In this document: positions 36,836 to 47,655 of the stretch, in pieces | Layout of the letters: every line of letters starts with the position of its first letter | How positions within the stretch are numbered: the first letter of the stretch is position 1 | From: Pseudomonadota bacterium | GTDB taxonomy: Bacteria; Pseudomonadota; Alphaproteobacteria; Rhodobacterales; Rhodobacteraceae | NCBI GenBank assembly: GCA_038744815.1 | Contig: JBCDLY010000007.1 | Span: 69,620 to 133,619 of the forward strand | Length of the DNA stretch: 64,000 bases | Direction: 5' to 3' | The notes under the pieces: generated by a model | What the model saw: only the letters and a program-made list of their open reading frames with translations | Told to the model about the DNA's origin: nothing | Databases searched by the model: none | Translations under genes and position numbers: made by a program

Positions 36836-37750
36836 ATGGCAGATTCAATTCGCATCGGCACGCGGGGGTCTCCGTTGGCTTTGGCTCAAGCGCACGAGAC
36901 CCGGAACCGTTTGATGACCGCTCATAATATGGCGGAGGCGGAGTTCGAGATTGTCGTGATCAAAACGACCGGCGATGCGATCTTGGATCGGCCGCTGTCT
37001 GAAATCGGCGGCAAGGGACTTTTCACAAAGGAAATCGAAGAACAGCTCCTTGACGGGTCGATTGATCTTGCGGTGCACTCCATGAAAGACATGCCAGTCG
37101 ATCAGCCCGATGGCCTCGTGCTCGACTGTTTTTTGCCCCGCGAAGATGTGCGGGATGCGTTTGTATCTTTGACGTATAAGTCCATTGACGATCTCCCAAG
37201 CGGGGCGACTTTGGGGTCGAGTTCGCTGCGCCGGCGGGCCCAACTTTTGCACCGCCGTCCCGATCTTAACGTGATCGAATTTCGTGGCAATGTTCAAACC
37301 CGCATGCGCAAACTTGAAGAGGGGGTCGCAGACGCGACTTTTCTTGCGATGGCGGGATTAAATCGTCTTGGGATGGCCGATGTTGTTACCGCACCCGTCG
37401 AGGTCACGGATGTTCTTCCGGCAATTGCCCAAGGCGCAATTGGGATAGAACGACGCGCAGCCGATGATCGTATTGAAAATATGCTGGCTGCTATCAACGA
37501 TGCGGAGACAACAACCCGTCTCTCTGCAGAACGGGCGTTTCTGCGCGCGCTCGATGGGTCATGCCAGAAGCCCATTGCGGGGTTGGCAACCTTGAGCGGG
37601 TCTGACCTGACGCTGCATGGCGAGATTTTGAAGCCGGACGGAACAGAGGCCGTGAGTGGCATACGTTTTGGGCCTCAAGATGAGGCCGATGCGATGGGAC
37701 GAGATCTCGCGGCTGAACTGCTTGCAAAATCAGGTGGAACGTTCTTCTGA
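36836..37750 (+). CDS. hemC: hydroxymethylbilane synthase (porphobilinogen deaminase)
   Basis: IRIGTRGSPLALAQA, GGKGLFTKEIE and HSMKDMP motifs. The protein is 304 aa. Confidence 0.95.
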   Translation: MADSIRIGTRGSPLALAQAHETRNRLMTAHNMAEAEFEIVVIKTTGDAILDRPLSEIGGKGLFTKEIEEQLLDGSIDLAVHSMKDMPVDQPDGLVLDCFLPREDVRDAFVSLTYKSIDDLPSGATLGSSSLRRRAQLLHRRPDLNVIEFRGNVQTRMRKLEEGVADATFLAMAGLNRLGMADVVTAPVEVTDVLPAIAQGAIGIERRAADDRIENMLAAINDAETTTRLSAERAFLRALDGSCQKPIAGLATLSGSDLTLHGEILKPDGTEAVSGIRFGPQDEADAMGRDLAAELLAKSGGTFF

Positions 37751-37888
37751 CCAAATCCGAAAGGCGCCGTCGTTCCGTCTGACGGCACGTCATGACCATC
37801 TGTCCACTTCGACTTCGGGAAAGTCTGACAGATAAGTGCGGCCGTCACGGTGGCGCCGGGGTGATGCCAAAGGCCAAATCAGTGGTCG

Positions 37889-39379
37889 TTAAAAAAGGTT
37901 CCCGGATACGCTGCGGGTCGCGGCTACGGCCTTCTTCCAGGCGTCATAGGCTGCTTGTCGTGTGGCATCATCCATACCGGGTTCGAATTGTTGTTCGACC
38001 GACCAATCCTTTGAGAATGTCTCTGCGTCCGGCGCGAGCCCGCTTTGATATCCCGCTAACCAAGCGGCCCCGAGCGCGGTGGTTTCTGTTTGAACTGGCC
38101 GATCAACGGAAGCGCCAAGGATGTCGGACAGGAACTGCATCGCCCAGTCATTGGCCACGAAGCCGCCATCGACCCGAAGTGTCGCAGCGGTTTGGCCCAT
38201 ATCACCCCACATCGCCTCCAGCAGATCGCGCGTCTGAAACCCAACGCTCTCAAGGGCCGCGCGTGCAAGTTCTTCGGGACCTGAGTTGCGGGTCAGTCCA
38301 AAAATGGCCGCCCTCGCGTCTGGGTCCCAATAGGGCGCCCCGAGGCCGGTAAAGGCGGGCACCACGATCACTCGTTGGCTTTGATCGGCGGCTCGGGCCA
38401 AGGACATGGTGTCTTCGGCGGACGAAATTATTTTTAATCCATCGCGCAACCATTGCACAACGGCGCCTGCGACGAAAATGGACCCTTCGAGTGCATATGT
38501 TGGCCGTCCATCGATTTGATAGGCCAGCGTCGTGAGCAGTCGATTGTGAGACGTAACGATATCAGGGCCGGTGTTCATCACTGCAAAGCAGCCGGTCCCA
38601 TATGTTGACTTGAGCATTCCCTTGGAAAAGCATGCCTGGCCCACAGTCGCGGCATGTTGGTCTCCAAGCGCCGCAGTAATCGGAATATTGCCTCCAAGAG
38701 CGGTTGCGGTTCCGAAATCTGAGCCGCTATCCTTTACCTCCGGGAGGAGCGCCGGAGGAATATTGAAAAGCGCCAGCATTTCATCGTCCCAGATGCCGGT
38801 GCGAATGTTATATAACATCGTGCGAGACGCATTGGTGGCATCGGTCGCGTGGACCGCACCTTCTGTTAGCTTCCATATCAACCAAGTATCGATCGTACCG
38901 AATAAGATATCCCCCGCTTCCGCACGTGTTCGGCAATTCGGCACAGTGTCGAGTATCCAAGCAATTTTGGATGCGCTGAAATAGGGGTCGAGCAAAAGGC
39001 CAGTCCGCTTCTGGACCTCTGGCTCCATACCCTCCGAGCGAAGCTGGGCACAAAGATCGGCGGTTCGTCGGTCTTGCCAGACGATTGCGTTGTAGATCGG
39101 CCTTCCGGTGGACTTTTCCCAAAGAACAACGGTTTCGCGTTGATTGGCGATGCCGAGCGCCCCGATCTCTGCGGGCGTCGTCCCAGCGCGTTCCAATGCG
39201 GAGACACACATGCGTTTCGTGACCGACCATATCTCTTCGGCATCATGTTCTACCCAACCCGACTTCGGAAAAATTTGGGTAAACTCCTGCTGAGCGCGGG
39301 CACTGGTGCGGAGATCGCCGTCAAACACTATTGCGCGACTGGAGGTCGTCCCTTGGTCGATTGCCAGGATGTATTTCAT
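37889..39379 (-). CDS. glpK: glycerol kinase
   Basis: [20 protein letters not shown] is an FGGY kinase N-terminus. The protein is 496 aa. Confidence 0.95.
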   Translation of the reverse strand: MKYILAIDQGTTSSRAIVFDGDLRTSARAQQEFTQIFPKSGWVEHDAEEIWSVTKRMCVSALERAGTTPAEIGALGIANQRETVVLWEKSTGRPIYNAIVWQDRRTADLCAQLRSEGMEPEVQKRTGLLLDPYFSASKIAWILDTVPNCRTRAEAGDILFGTIDTWLIWKLTEGAVHATDATNASRTMLYNIRTGIWDDEMLALFNIPPALLPEVKDSGSDFGTATALGGNIPITAALGDQHAATVGQACFSKGMLKSTYGTGCFAVMNTGPDIVTSHNRLLTTLAYQIDGRPTYALEGSIFVAGAVVQWLRDGLKIISSAEDTMSLARAADQSQRVIVVPAFTGLGAPYWDPDARAAIFGLTRNSGPEELARAALESVGFQTRDLLEAMWGDMGQTAATLRVDGGFVANDWAMQFLSDILGASVDRPVQTETTALGAAWLAGYQSGLAPDAETFSKDWSVEQQFEPGMDDATRQAAYDAWKKAVAATRSVSGNLF

Positions 39380-39468
39380 GTATGCCCTCCTCAGATGAGG
39401 CTGAGCGCCGCAGCGAAATTTGTCAATTCGACTTGAGTTGTACGATGCGTCGCGGAATAGGGGCGCCC

Positions 39469-41034
39469 ATGGAAAATGTAGACGTGCTCATCATCGGCGG
39501 CGGCGTAAACGGTGCAGGGATTGCGCGGGATCTTGCGGGTCGCGGGCTTTCGGTGCGTCTGTGCGAAAAGGGCGACCTTGGAGGGGCAACATCCTCTAAC
39601 TCGACAAAGCTCTTTCATGGAGGGCTTCGGTATCTTGAATTTTTTGAATTCAAGATGGTGCGGGAAGCTCTTTTGGAGCGCGAGTATCTATTGAAAGCGA
39701 TGCCGCATATAAGTTGGCCGCTCAGGTTTGTTTTGCCGGTAGACGAACTGATGGTCCATCCGAACGCCCGTTCGGCGACCTCCCGCGTGCTGAGATGGAC
39801 ATTGCCGTGGTTGCGGGGAAAGCGCCCCGCTTGGGTGATCCGCACGGGGCTATTTCTCTATGATCTCTTGGCATCGAACAGTAGTTTGCCACGCACAAAA
39901 CGGGTGGATCTAAAGTCCGGTGCTGAAGGTGATGTGCTCAAATCGAAGTTTACTTCTGGCTTGGAGTACTCGGATGGTTGGGTCGACGATGCCCGCCTGG
40001 TGATCGCAAATTGCAGAGCTGCAGAGGCCGCAGGGGCCCAGATTTGCCCGCGAACCGCAGTCGTCAATGCGACGGTTTCAGGCGATCTTTGGGATGTGAG
40101 CTTGGCAGATGGTGAACGCCTCCGGGCACGTTTGATTGTGAATGCCGCCGGTCCTTGGGTGTCTGAGACGTTGCGCAAAACCTTTGGCGTGAATGATCCC
40201 AAGAAAATGCGTTTGGTTCGAGGGTCCCACATTGTGACCCCGAAACTCTATGATCACGACAAAGCCTATTTTCTTCAACAACCTGATGGTCGGATCATAT
40301 TCGCGATCCCATACGAGGACGAGTTTACGCTTATCGGAACGACCGAGGTTGACCATAATGATGATCCAAGGACCGCAAAATGTTCCCCCGCAGAACGAAC
40401 GTATTTGCTCGATGCGGTGAACCTGTATTTCCGTCAAGCGGTATCTGAAGACGATATCGTCTGGACGTACTCAGGTGTTCGACCGTTGGTTGAGGAGGCC
40501 ACCGAAACTGTGACATCGACATCACGAGATTACGAGTTGTTCATGTCGCAAGAGATTGGCGCGCCTCTCTTGAATGTGTTTGGCGGGAAGATCACGACGT
40601 ATCGACACTTGGCCGAAGAGGCTGGGAATATGATATGTCTTCAGTTCCGACATCCGATCCCCCCTTGGACACGGGGTGTTCGATTGCCGGGAGGGGATTT
40701 TGAACGCGAAGACGTTGATACGCTCGAAAGGCAACTCCGAACTCAGTATCCATTTTTGAACGCTGATTGGGCAAAACGCCTTATGCGAATGTATGGGACC
40801 GATGCGTGGGACCTTCTGGGTGATGCCGCGTCACTCGAAGATCTTGGAAAGCAGTTTGGAGCAACATTGACCGAGCGGGAGGTGGCCTGGATGCGCGACC
40901 GTGAGTGGGCAAAGACTGCGGAAGACGTTCTGTGGCGGCGAAGCAAGCTCGGTCTTCACGGCGCACGGATTACGGATGATGATGTGGTTGCTGCAAAACA
41001 AGTGGAAGACGCGCGCTACGTACCCTCCGTTTGA
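39469..41034 (+). CDS. glpD: glycerol-3-phosphate dehydrogenase (FAD, aerobic type)
   Basis: [22 protein letters not shown] and [16 protein letters not shown] motifs. It is divergent from glpK. The ATG at 39445 is an alternative start. Confidence 0.92.
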   Translation: MENVDVLIIGGGVNGAGIARDLAGRGLSVRLCEKGDLGGATSSNSTKLFHGGLRYLEFFEFKMVREALLEREYLLKAMPHISWPLRFVLPVDELMVHPNARSATSRVLRWTLPWLRGKRPAWVIRTGLFLYDLLASNSSLPRTKRVDLKSGAEGDVLKSKFTSGLEYSDGWVDDARLVIANCRAAEAAGAQICPRTAVVNATVSGDLWDVSLADGERLRARLIVNAAGPWVSETLRKTFGVNDPKKMRLVRGSHIVTPKLYDHDKAYFLQQPDGRIIFAIPYEDEFTLIGTTEVDHNDDPRTAKCSPAERTYLLDAVNLYFRQAVSEDDIVWTYSGVRPLVEEATETVTSTSRDYELFMSQEIGAPLLNVFGGKITTYRHLAEEAGNMICLQFRHPIPPWTRGVRLPGGDFEREDVDTLERQLRTQYPFLNADWAKRLMRMYGTDAWDLLGDAASLEDLGKQFGATLTEREVAWMRDREWAKTAEDVLWRRSKLGLHGARITDDDVVAAKQVEDARYVPSV

Positions 41035-42449
41035 CGCGCATAGACATCGTCAAATCGAGTGATGTCATCCTCTCCAAAGTAAGACCCCGTTTGAACCTCA
41101 ATCAATCGCATGTCGACATCGCCTGCATTTCGCAAACGATGGACGGCGCCAAGTGGGACATAGATGGATTGATTTGCCCGAAGTTCGCTGACGACGCCAT
41201 CAATCGTGACTTCGGCAATACCTTGCACAACAATCCAATGCTCTGCACGGTGTTGATGGCTCTGGAGAGAGAGTGTGCCCTCGGGCTTTACGCAGATATG
41301 TTTGACTTGGAAGTGTTCCCCAACCTTTAAGCTCTCAAACCAACCCCATGGCCGGTAGTCCCGGCGGGCTTCGGTGGCCTGCGACTTTCCTGTTCCGGCC
41401 AATGCCAGAAGGGCTTCACCCACGCGGTTGCTTTGGCGCCGATCGGCCACAAGCACGGCATCTGGTTCGGCGATGACGATTAAATCGGACAGGCCAACAC
41501 CAATGAGGGCCATCTCCTTGGACGCCCGAAGAAGCGTCGAAGAGCAATCTTCTGCAATCACTTCACCCTGGGTGACGACCCCCTGTTTGTCTTTCACGCT
41601 CTCAGACCAAATCGCGTCCCAACTGCCGAGGTCTGACCAGCCCGACCGAAACGGTAGGACATAAACGTCGGTGGCATGTTCCATCACTGCATAATCGAAC
41701 GAAATGCTTTCTGCATGTGCCCAGGGACCCGGGGCCAGGCGCAAGAACCCAAAATCAGGTTCGGCAGCTGCCACTGCATCTCGAATGGGGACCACGAGAT
41801 CTGTCGCATGCGTCTCAAACGCAGAAATGGCGGCGTGAGCACCGAGAACGAAGATACCAGCATTCCAAAGTATTGACGGGTTCTTGATGAGCTTGAGGGC
41901 GGTGTCGTGGTTTGGTTTTTCCAAAAACCGCGCCACCTTCGCACCGTCTTTGTCAAGCGCCTCTTGGGGTTCGATGTAACCGTAACCGGTCGCGGCATGC
42001 GTTGGAGCAATCCCAAGTGTCGCGATATGCCCGCTGTCTGCGCGGGCTTGTGCACGCAGGAGGGTCTCCTGAAAATCGCTTGCGCTGGTTATGGCGTGGT
42101 CGGTTGGCACAACGGCCAAAGTGACATCGCCAAGGTTTTGGGCCGCCCATTCTGCCGCAGCAAGAATGGCGGGGCCGGTATTCTTGGGCGAAGGTTCCAA
42201 GAGGACTGCTCTTGGGCGGATACCGATTTGGTCGAGTTGTTCTGTGACAATGAAACGAAATGGCTCTGCCGTGACGACAATCGGTGCCGAAAAACTGGGG
42301 CCATTTACCCGAAGCGCCGTTTCTTGCAGCATCGTATTGTCAGTCAGAAGTTGAACAAATTGTTTGGGGAATGATCTGCGTGACAATGGCCAGAGGCGGG
42401 TGCCGGCGCCGCCGCAGAGGAGCACGGGTACTATTGGATTTTCTGCCAT
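41016..42449 (-). CDS. manC: mannose-1-phosphate guanylyltransferase / mannose-6-phosphate isomerase (type II PMI-GMP)
   Basis: VLLCGGAGTRLWPLSRRSFPKQF is a nucleotidyltransferase N-terminus. The C-terminal cupin is SLQSHQHRAEHWIVVQG. The protein is 477 aa. Confidence 0.9.
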   Translation of the reverse strand: MAENPIVPVLLCGGAGTRLWPLSRRSFPKQFVQLLTDNTMLQETALRVNGPSFSAPIVVTAEPFRFIVTEQLDQIGIRPRAVLLEPSPKNTGPAILAAAEWAAQNLGDVTLAVVPTDHAITSASDFQETLLRAQARADSGHIATLGIAPTHAATGYGYIEPQEALDKDGAKVARFLEKPNHDTALKLIKNPSILWNAGIFVLGAHAAISAFETHATDLVVPIRDAVAAAEPDFGFLRLAPGPWAHAESISFDYAVMEHATDVYVLPFRSGWSDLGSWDAIWSESVKDKQGVVTQGEVIAEDCSSTLLRASKEMALIGVGLSDLIVIAEPDAVLVADRRQSNRVGEALLALAGTGKSQATEARRDYRPWGWFESLKVGEHFQVKHICVKPEGTLSLQSHQHRAEHWIVVQGIAEVTIDGVVSELRANQSIYVPLGAVHRLRNAGDVDMRLIEVQTGSYFGEDDITRFDDVYARQTEGT

Positions 42450-42581
42450 TTATGGACCTCAATCACTGAAGCGAAGATGCACACCGAAGGTGGGGAAGGT
42501 CAACGGGACGCAATAAAAGCGTTTGAAACTCTCCACGCCGTGCGGCACCGTAGACAAGCATGTGTCGGACGAGGAATTCTC

Positions 42582-44678
42582 ATGGTCGAAACTAGCGTGC
42601 GCCTTGGCGTGGACATCGGAGGAACATTCACCGACGTTGTTCTTGAGCGTGATGGCAAGCGGTACTCGACTAAAGTTCTGACAACATATGCGGCGCCTGA
42701 AGATGCGATAATTGACGGTATGCACCAAGTTGTCGAGAAAGCCGGTGTTGCTGCGTCCGATATCACGCAGATTATTCATGGCACGACCCTCGCAACGAAC
42801 GCTTTGATCGAGCGGAGGGGCGCCAAGACGGCGCTGATTACCACAGAGGGCTTTCGAGACGTCATCGAAATGCGAACCGAAAGTCGCTTTGAACAATATG
42901 ATCTAAACCTTGTTCTTCCAGAGCCGCTCCTCCCCCGAAATCGCAGATATGTGGTCCAAGAGCGGGTCAACGCGCTCGGGAATATTCTGGTTCCCATTAC
43001 CCGGGCAGAGGTCGAAGATTTGGCGCGGGACCTGCGGGATGCAGGTTACGAAAGTGTGGCTGTTGGGTTGTTGCATTCCTACGTCAACGACACCCATGAA
43101 AGACTGATTGAAGAGGTCCTGTCAGAGGTGATGCCGGACACGATGGTGTCTTTATCATCTCGGGTATCCCCGCAGATGCGCGAATATGAGCGTTTCAATA
43201 CGACGATTGCGAATGCGTATATCCAGCCTTTGATGAAATCCTATCTCGGGCGTTTGAAAAACCGCCTTAGGTCCGAAGGCGCAGATTGCCCCGTTTTTCT
43301 GATGCACTCAGGTGGTGGGATCATGTCCCTTGAAAACGCGGCAGAGTTTCCGGTGAGATTGGTCGAAAGTGGGCCCGCGGGCGGTGCAATCTTCGCGGCG
43401 GATATTGCAGCGCGTCATGGGATCGACAAGGTCTTGAGTTTCGACATGGGCGGGACGACGGCGAAAATTTGTCTTATCAAAAGCAAAACCCCAAAGACCG
43501 CACGCGTCTTTGAAGTTGCGCGCAGCTACCGGTTTAAGAAGGGGTCCGGTATGCCGATCTCAATCCCGGTGATCGACATGGTGGAGATTGGCGCAGGCGG
43601 CGGATCCCTTGCCCATGTGGACGGTATGCGTCAAATTCGCGTGGGCCCTGAAAGCGCTGGGTCAGAACCCGGGCCGGCATGTTATGGTCGTGGCGGTACG
43701 CGTCCAGCAGTGACCGATGCCGATCTCGTGCTGGGGAGGTTGGAACCCGATGGCTTTGCCGGCGGATCGATCGAACTCCACCCTCAAGAATCTGAGGCGG
43801 CCTTGACCGAAGCGTTGGGTGATGTGCTTCATATGTCCGCAGAAGAGGCCGCTTGGGGGCTTTCGGAAGTTGTTGATGAGAACATGGCCAATGCGGCGCG
43901 GGTTCATGCCGTCGAAAATGGGGAAGATCTCAGCGAATACGCAATGATCGCATTTGGAGGTGCTGCCCCCCTTCATGCCGGTCGACTTTGCGAGAAACTG
44001 GGAGTTGCGCAATGCTTTGTGCCTAAGGGGGCAGGTGTTGGATCAGCGATCGGGTTTTTGCGTGCTCCGTTTAGCTTCGAAGCAAATCGGTCGGTGTACA
44101 TGCGCATGTCGGGATTCAACGTAGATGAAATACGTGCCCTATTTGCGGAGATGAAAGCAGAAGCGGAGAATTTTGTGCGGGGGTGCGATGCACTATCGCC
44201 AATTTTGGCGAACTACCGTGTTTATATGCGGTATTCGGGACAAGGTTGGGAAATTCCGGTTTCGGTGACGCCCGACCAAGCCGCGCAACCCAATATGCAA
44301 ACCTATCTTCAACTCTTCGAGGCCGAATATGAAGCGCTCTTTGGCCGCAAAGTTGAGGGAATGGAGGTGGAGGCAACAGTTTGGTCGGTGAACGCGACAA
44401 CGCCGCCCGACGCGCCAGAGGTCTTGAGCTCGCCACCAAGTGCAAACCCGCCCGCAGCGGTCGGTCAAAGGTCTTTGTTCGATCCCGCGTTGGGTCACGC
44501 TTCCGACGCACATATTTTTGAACGGGCAGACGTGAAAGCCGGTTCCGAGATCGTCGGTCCTGCCGTTGTTTTGGAGGAGGAAACGACGTTGGTTGTTCCG
44601 GGCAGCCGATGCGTTCGCGTTCTCGGAGATGGAACACTTGAAATGTATCAAACGCCGAAGAGGGGTCCAAATGACTGA
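42582..44678 (+). CDS. hyuA: hydantoinase/oxoprolinase family protein, A (ATP-binding) subunit
   Basis: RLGVDIGGTFTDVVL and IHGTTLATNALIERRG are HyuA/OplA family signatures. I prefer the ATG at 42582. Confidence 0.88.
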   Translation: MVETSVRLGVDIGGTFTDVVLERDGKRYSTKVLTTYAAPEDAIIDGMHQVVEKAGVAASDITQIIHGTTLATNALIERRGAKTALITTEGFRDVIEMRTESRFEQYDLNLVLPEPLLPRNRRYVVQERVNALGNILVPITRAEVEDLARDLRDAGYESVAVGLLHSYVNDTHERLIEEVLSEVMPDTMVSLSSRVSPQMREYERFNTTIANAYIQPLMKSYLGRLKNRLRSEGADCPVFLMHSGGGIMSLENAAEFPVRLVESGPAGGAIFAADIAARHGIDKVLSFDMGGTTAKICLIKSKTPKTARVFEVARSYRFKKGSGMPISIPVIDMVEIGAGGGSLAHVDGMRQIRVGPESAGSEPGPACYGRGGTRPAVTDADLVLGRLEPDGFAGGSIELHPQESEAALTEALGDVLHMSAEEAAWGLSEVVDENMANAARVHAVENGEDLSEYAMIAFGGAAPLHAGRLCEKLGVAQCFVPKGAGVGSAIGFLRAPFSFEANRSVYMRMSGFNVDEIRALFAEMKAEAENFVRGCDALSPILANYRVYMRYSGQGWEIPVSVTPDQAAQPNMQTYLQLFEAEYEALFGRKVEGMEVEATVWSVNATTPPDAPEVLSSPPSANPPAAVGQRSLFDPALGHASDAHIFERADVKAGSEIVGPAVVLEEETTLVVPGSRCVRVLGDGTLEMYQTPKRGPND

Positions 44679-46377
44679 GCCAAGCGAGGTCGCCTTTCAG
44701 GTGATGTGGAACCGGCTAATTTCTATTGTCGAAGAACAGGCACAGGCCCTTGTCAGAACCGCATTTTCCACAAGTGTGCGAGAAGCCGGCGATCTGTCGG
44801 CGGGCGTCTACAACGCAGGAGGAGAAATGCTTGCGCAGGCGGTCACTGGGACACCGGGCCATGTCAATGCCATGGCAGATGCGGTTGCCCATTTTATTCG
44901 CCGGATCGGACGGGAGATGATGTTCGAAGGCGATGTATACATTACGAACGACCCTTGGGAGGGAACGGGTCACAAGCATGACATCACGGTGGTGACGCCG
45001 TCGTTTCTGAACGGGCACTTGGTCGGGTTTTTCGCGTGTACCGCCCATATCACCGACATTGGCGGGCGCGGTTTTGGTGCCGACGCAAATGATGTCCATG
45101 AGGAGGGATTGTATATTCCAATTATGAAGTTCGCGGATCGCGGCGTAGTCGACAAAACGCTGATGGCGATTATTCGCGGCAATGTGCGTGAACCAGATCA
45201 GTTGGTCGGAGATGTTTACGCACTCGCGACATGCAACGAAATTGGTCATCGCCGATTGATCGAAATGATGGGTGAATTTTCGATGGCTGATCTCGGCGGC
45301 ATTTCGGATTTCATTCTGTCACGGTCACGGGAAGCAACGCTTGAACGGATAAACGCACTCGAAGGCGGAACTGCAGATGGTCATATGCGGATTGATGGCT
45401 ATGCATCACCGATTGATCTGAAAGTGCGTCTCACAATCGAACGCGATCGCATTAAAAGCGACTTTCTGGGGACAAGCGGGGTCGACAAGAAAGGGATAAA
45501 TGTGCCGCTCGTCTATACGAAGGCCTATGCGTGTTATGCGCTCAAATGCGCAATCGCGCCCGATATCCCAAATAATGCGGCGTCTCTTGCCCCATTTGAA
45601 GTGTCTGCGCCGCAAAATTGTATCCTAAACGCGCTCTTTCCGGCGCCGGTCGCCTTGCGTCATGTCATCGGGCACATGATCCCTGATACTGTCTACGACG
45701 CGCTCGACAAGCTTCTCCCGGGTGTTGTTCCCGCCGAAGGTGCCGGTGCGCTTTGCAATTTCCAGGTCTCCATTCGTCCACGTACCGATGAACCAGCGCC
45801 CGAGGATGCATATCGTGCGGAGGTGCTCACGTTTAATTCTGGTGGTTCGGGTGCGCGCCCATCCTTTGACGGTCTCAATGCGACGGCATTCCCGTCTGGG
45901 GTTATGACGATGCCGGTTGAAGCGACCGAGCAGGTCGGGCCGGTGATTGTCTGGCGAAAAGAGCTGCGCCAGGACTCCGGAGGTGCCGGCAGAACTCGGG
46001 GCGGGCTTGGTCAATACATGTATGTAGGTGCCCGCGAAGGTCATGAGTTCGACATTTCCATCATGCTTGATCGGGTGGACCATCCGGCACGTGGAAGCCG
46101 GGGTGGGCGGGATGGCGCGCCGACGACGGTGCGCCGGAGCGATGGCACTGAAATGAGAGGCAAAGGCAAACAATTCGTGCCCCATGGGGCAGTGGTCGAA
46201 ATGGGTTTTCCTGGGGGAGCGGGGTATGGCCCACCGACAGAACGCGACGTGAATGCGGTGAAGCGCGATCTCGCATTGGGCTATATTTCTGAAGCCGAAG
46301 CAGAAATGACTTACGGACTGAGCAAAGATGTAATTTCTGCAGTCCTTGCAGTGTCTAAAACCGGAGAGTTGTCTTAG
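44671..46377 (+). CDS. hyuB: hydantoinase/oxoprolinase family protein, B subunit
   Basis: FQVMWNRLISIVEEQAQALVRTAFSTSVREAGDLSAGV is the typical HyuB N-terminus. The gene overlaps the hyuA stop by 8 nt. Confidence 0.88.
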   Translation: MTEPSEVAFQVMWNRLISIVEEQAQALVRTAFSTSVREAGDLSAGVYNAGGEMLAQAVTGTPGHVNAMADAVAHFIRRIGREMMFEGDVYITNDPWEGTGHKHDITVVTPSFLNGHLVGFFACTAHITDIGGRGFGADANDVHEEGLYIPIMKFADRGVVDKTLMAIIRGNVREPDQLVGDVYALATCNEIGHRRLIEMMGEFSMADLGGISDFILSRSREATLERINALEGGTADGHMRIDGYASPIDLKVRLTIERDRIKSDFLGTSGVDKKGINVPLVYTKAYACYALKCAIAPDIPNNAASLAPFEVSAPQNCILNALFPAPVALRHVIGHMIPDTVYDALDKLLPGVVPAEGAGALCNFQVSIRPRTDEPAPEDAYRAEVLTFNSGGSGARPSFDGLNATAFPSGVMTMPVEATEQVGPVIVWRKELRQDSGGAGRTRGGLGQYMYVGAREGHEFDISIMLDRVDHPARGSRGGRDGAPTTVRRSDGTEMRGKGKQFVPHGAVVEMGFPGGAGYGPPTERDVNAVKRDLALGYISEAEAEMTYGLSKDVISAVLAVSKTGELS

Positions 46378-47595
46378 GTGGCGCAGGGTATCTTCGACAC
46401 GGTCCCTTTGCGTCGCAGCTATGATGTCGTCATTGTTGGCGGCGCGATGATGGGATCTTCAACGGCCTGGTTTTTGACCGAAAATCCAGACTTTGATGGC
46501 TCGGTCTTGGTCGTTGAACGTGATCCAAGCTACGAGTTTTCGTCAACGGCACATACAAACTCCTGCATGCGACAGCAATTTTCGAATGCGTTGAACGTGC
46601 GAATTTCGCAGTTCGCAGCCGATTTCGTGAAGAACTTGCGCACCTATATGGGCGATGACGAACGTGTGCCAGAGCTGACAATTCAGAACTACGGATACAT
46701 GTATCTTGCTGACACTGAAGGGTTCGCTGAAACGCTCCGGGAAAATCAAAAGGTCCAACGTTTGGCTGGGGCGGAAACCGAATTGCTGACCCCGGATCAG
46801 ATTGGTGCAAGATATCCGTTCTACCACGTTGATGACATCGTGTTAGGGTCCATAAACCTGAAAGATGAAGGCTATTGGGACGGTGGAACGGTCTTCGAGT
46901 GGTGGCGGCGATCAGCGCGCGAGCGCGGTGTCGAATACATTGAAAATGAAGTGGTCGCAATCACGGTCAACCGTGCGCAGGCCACGCATATCCAACTGGC
47001 GTCTGGCGAACACATTTCTTGTGGGACCATTGTGAACGCGTCTGGTCCACGGGCCGCGAGGACGGCAGCGATGGTTGGTCTTGTGATCCCCGTCGAACCG
47101 CGAAAACGCTTCACCTGGATATTCTCGGCGGAGCGGCCCCTTTCGATGGAGCTGCCCTTGACCATTGATCCCTCTGGTGTCCATTTCCGCCAAGACGGCC
47201 CTGAGACTTACCTTGCGGGATGTCCCGCAGATCCTGATCCTGCGGTGGATTTTGACGATTTCAACATGGACCACAACCGCTGGCAAGATCACGTATGGCC
47301 GATTATCGCGACGCGTATCCCGCAGTTTGACGCGATAAAGGTGATTACGGAATGGACCGGTCACTATGCCTTCAACACGCTTGATCAAAACGCGATCCTT
47401 GGCTCTTCCCCTGACTTGAAAAACTTCATCTTCCTCAATGGGTTTTCGGGCCACGGCCTGCAACAATCACCGGCAATGGGGCGGGGGACGGCCGAATGGA
47501 TCACCTATGGCGCGTATCGCAGTCTTGATCTCAGTCCATTTTCGTACACGCGTGTCTTGGAAGGCGCACCTCTGGTGGAAAAAGCAGTCATTTGA
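46378..47595 (+). CDS. FAD-dependent oxidoreductase (DAO / sarcosine-oxidase-beta-like family)
   Basis: YDVVIVGGAMMGSSTAWFL is a Rossmann N-terminus. The protein is 405 aa. The GTG start is contiguous with the hyuB stop. The substrate is unknown. Confidence 0.8.
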   Translation: MAQGIFDTVPLRRSYDVVIVGGAMMGSSTAWFLTENPDFDGSVLVVERDPSYEFSSTAHTNSCMRQQFSNALNVRISQFAADFVKNLRTYMGDDERVPELTIQNYGYMYLADTEGFAETLRENQKVQRLAGAETELLTPDQIGARYPFYHVDDIVLGSINLKDEGYWDGGTVFEWWRRSARERGVEYIENEVVAITVNRAQATHIQLASGEHISCGTIVNASGPRAARTAAMVGLVIPVEPRKRFTWIFSAERPLSMELPLTIDPSGVHFRQDGPETYLAGCPADPDPAVDFDDFNMDHNRWQDHVWPIIATRIPQFDAIKVITEWTGHYAFNTLDQNAILGSSPDLKNFIFLNGFSGHGLQQSPAMGRGTAEWITYGAYRSLDLSPFSYTRVLEGAPLVEKAVI

Positions 47596-47655
47596 CCGTT
47601 CGGCTTTTGCTATCTCAGGTGATGTTATCGCCAAAGCCCGGGTGGTCTGCGGCAG

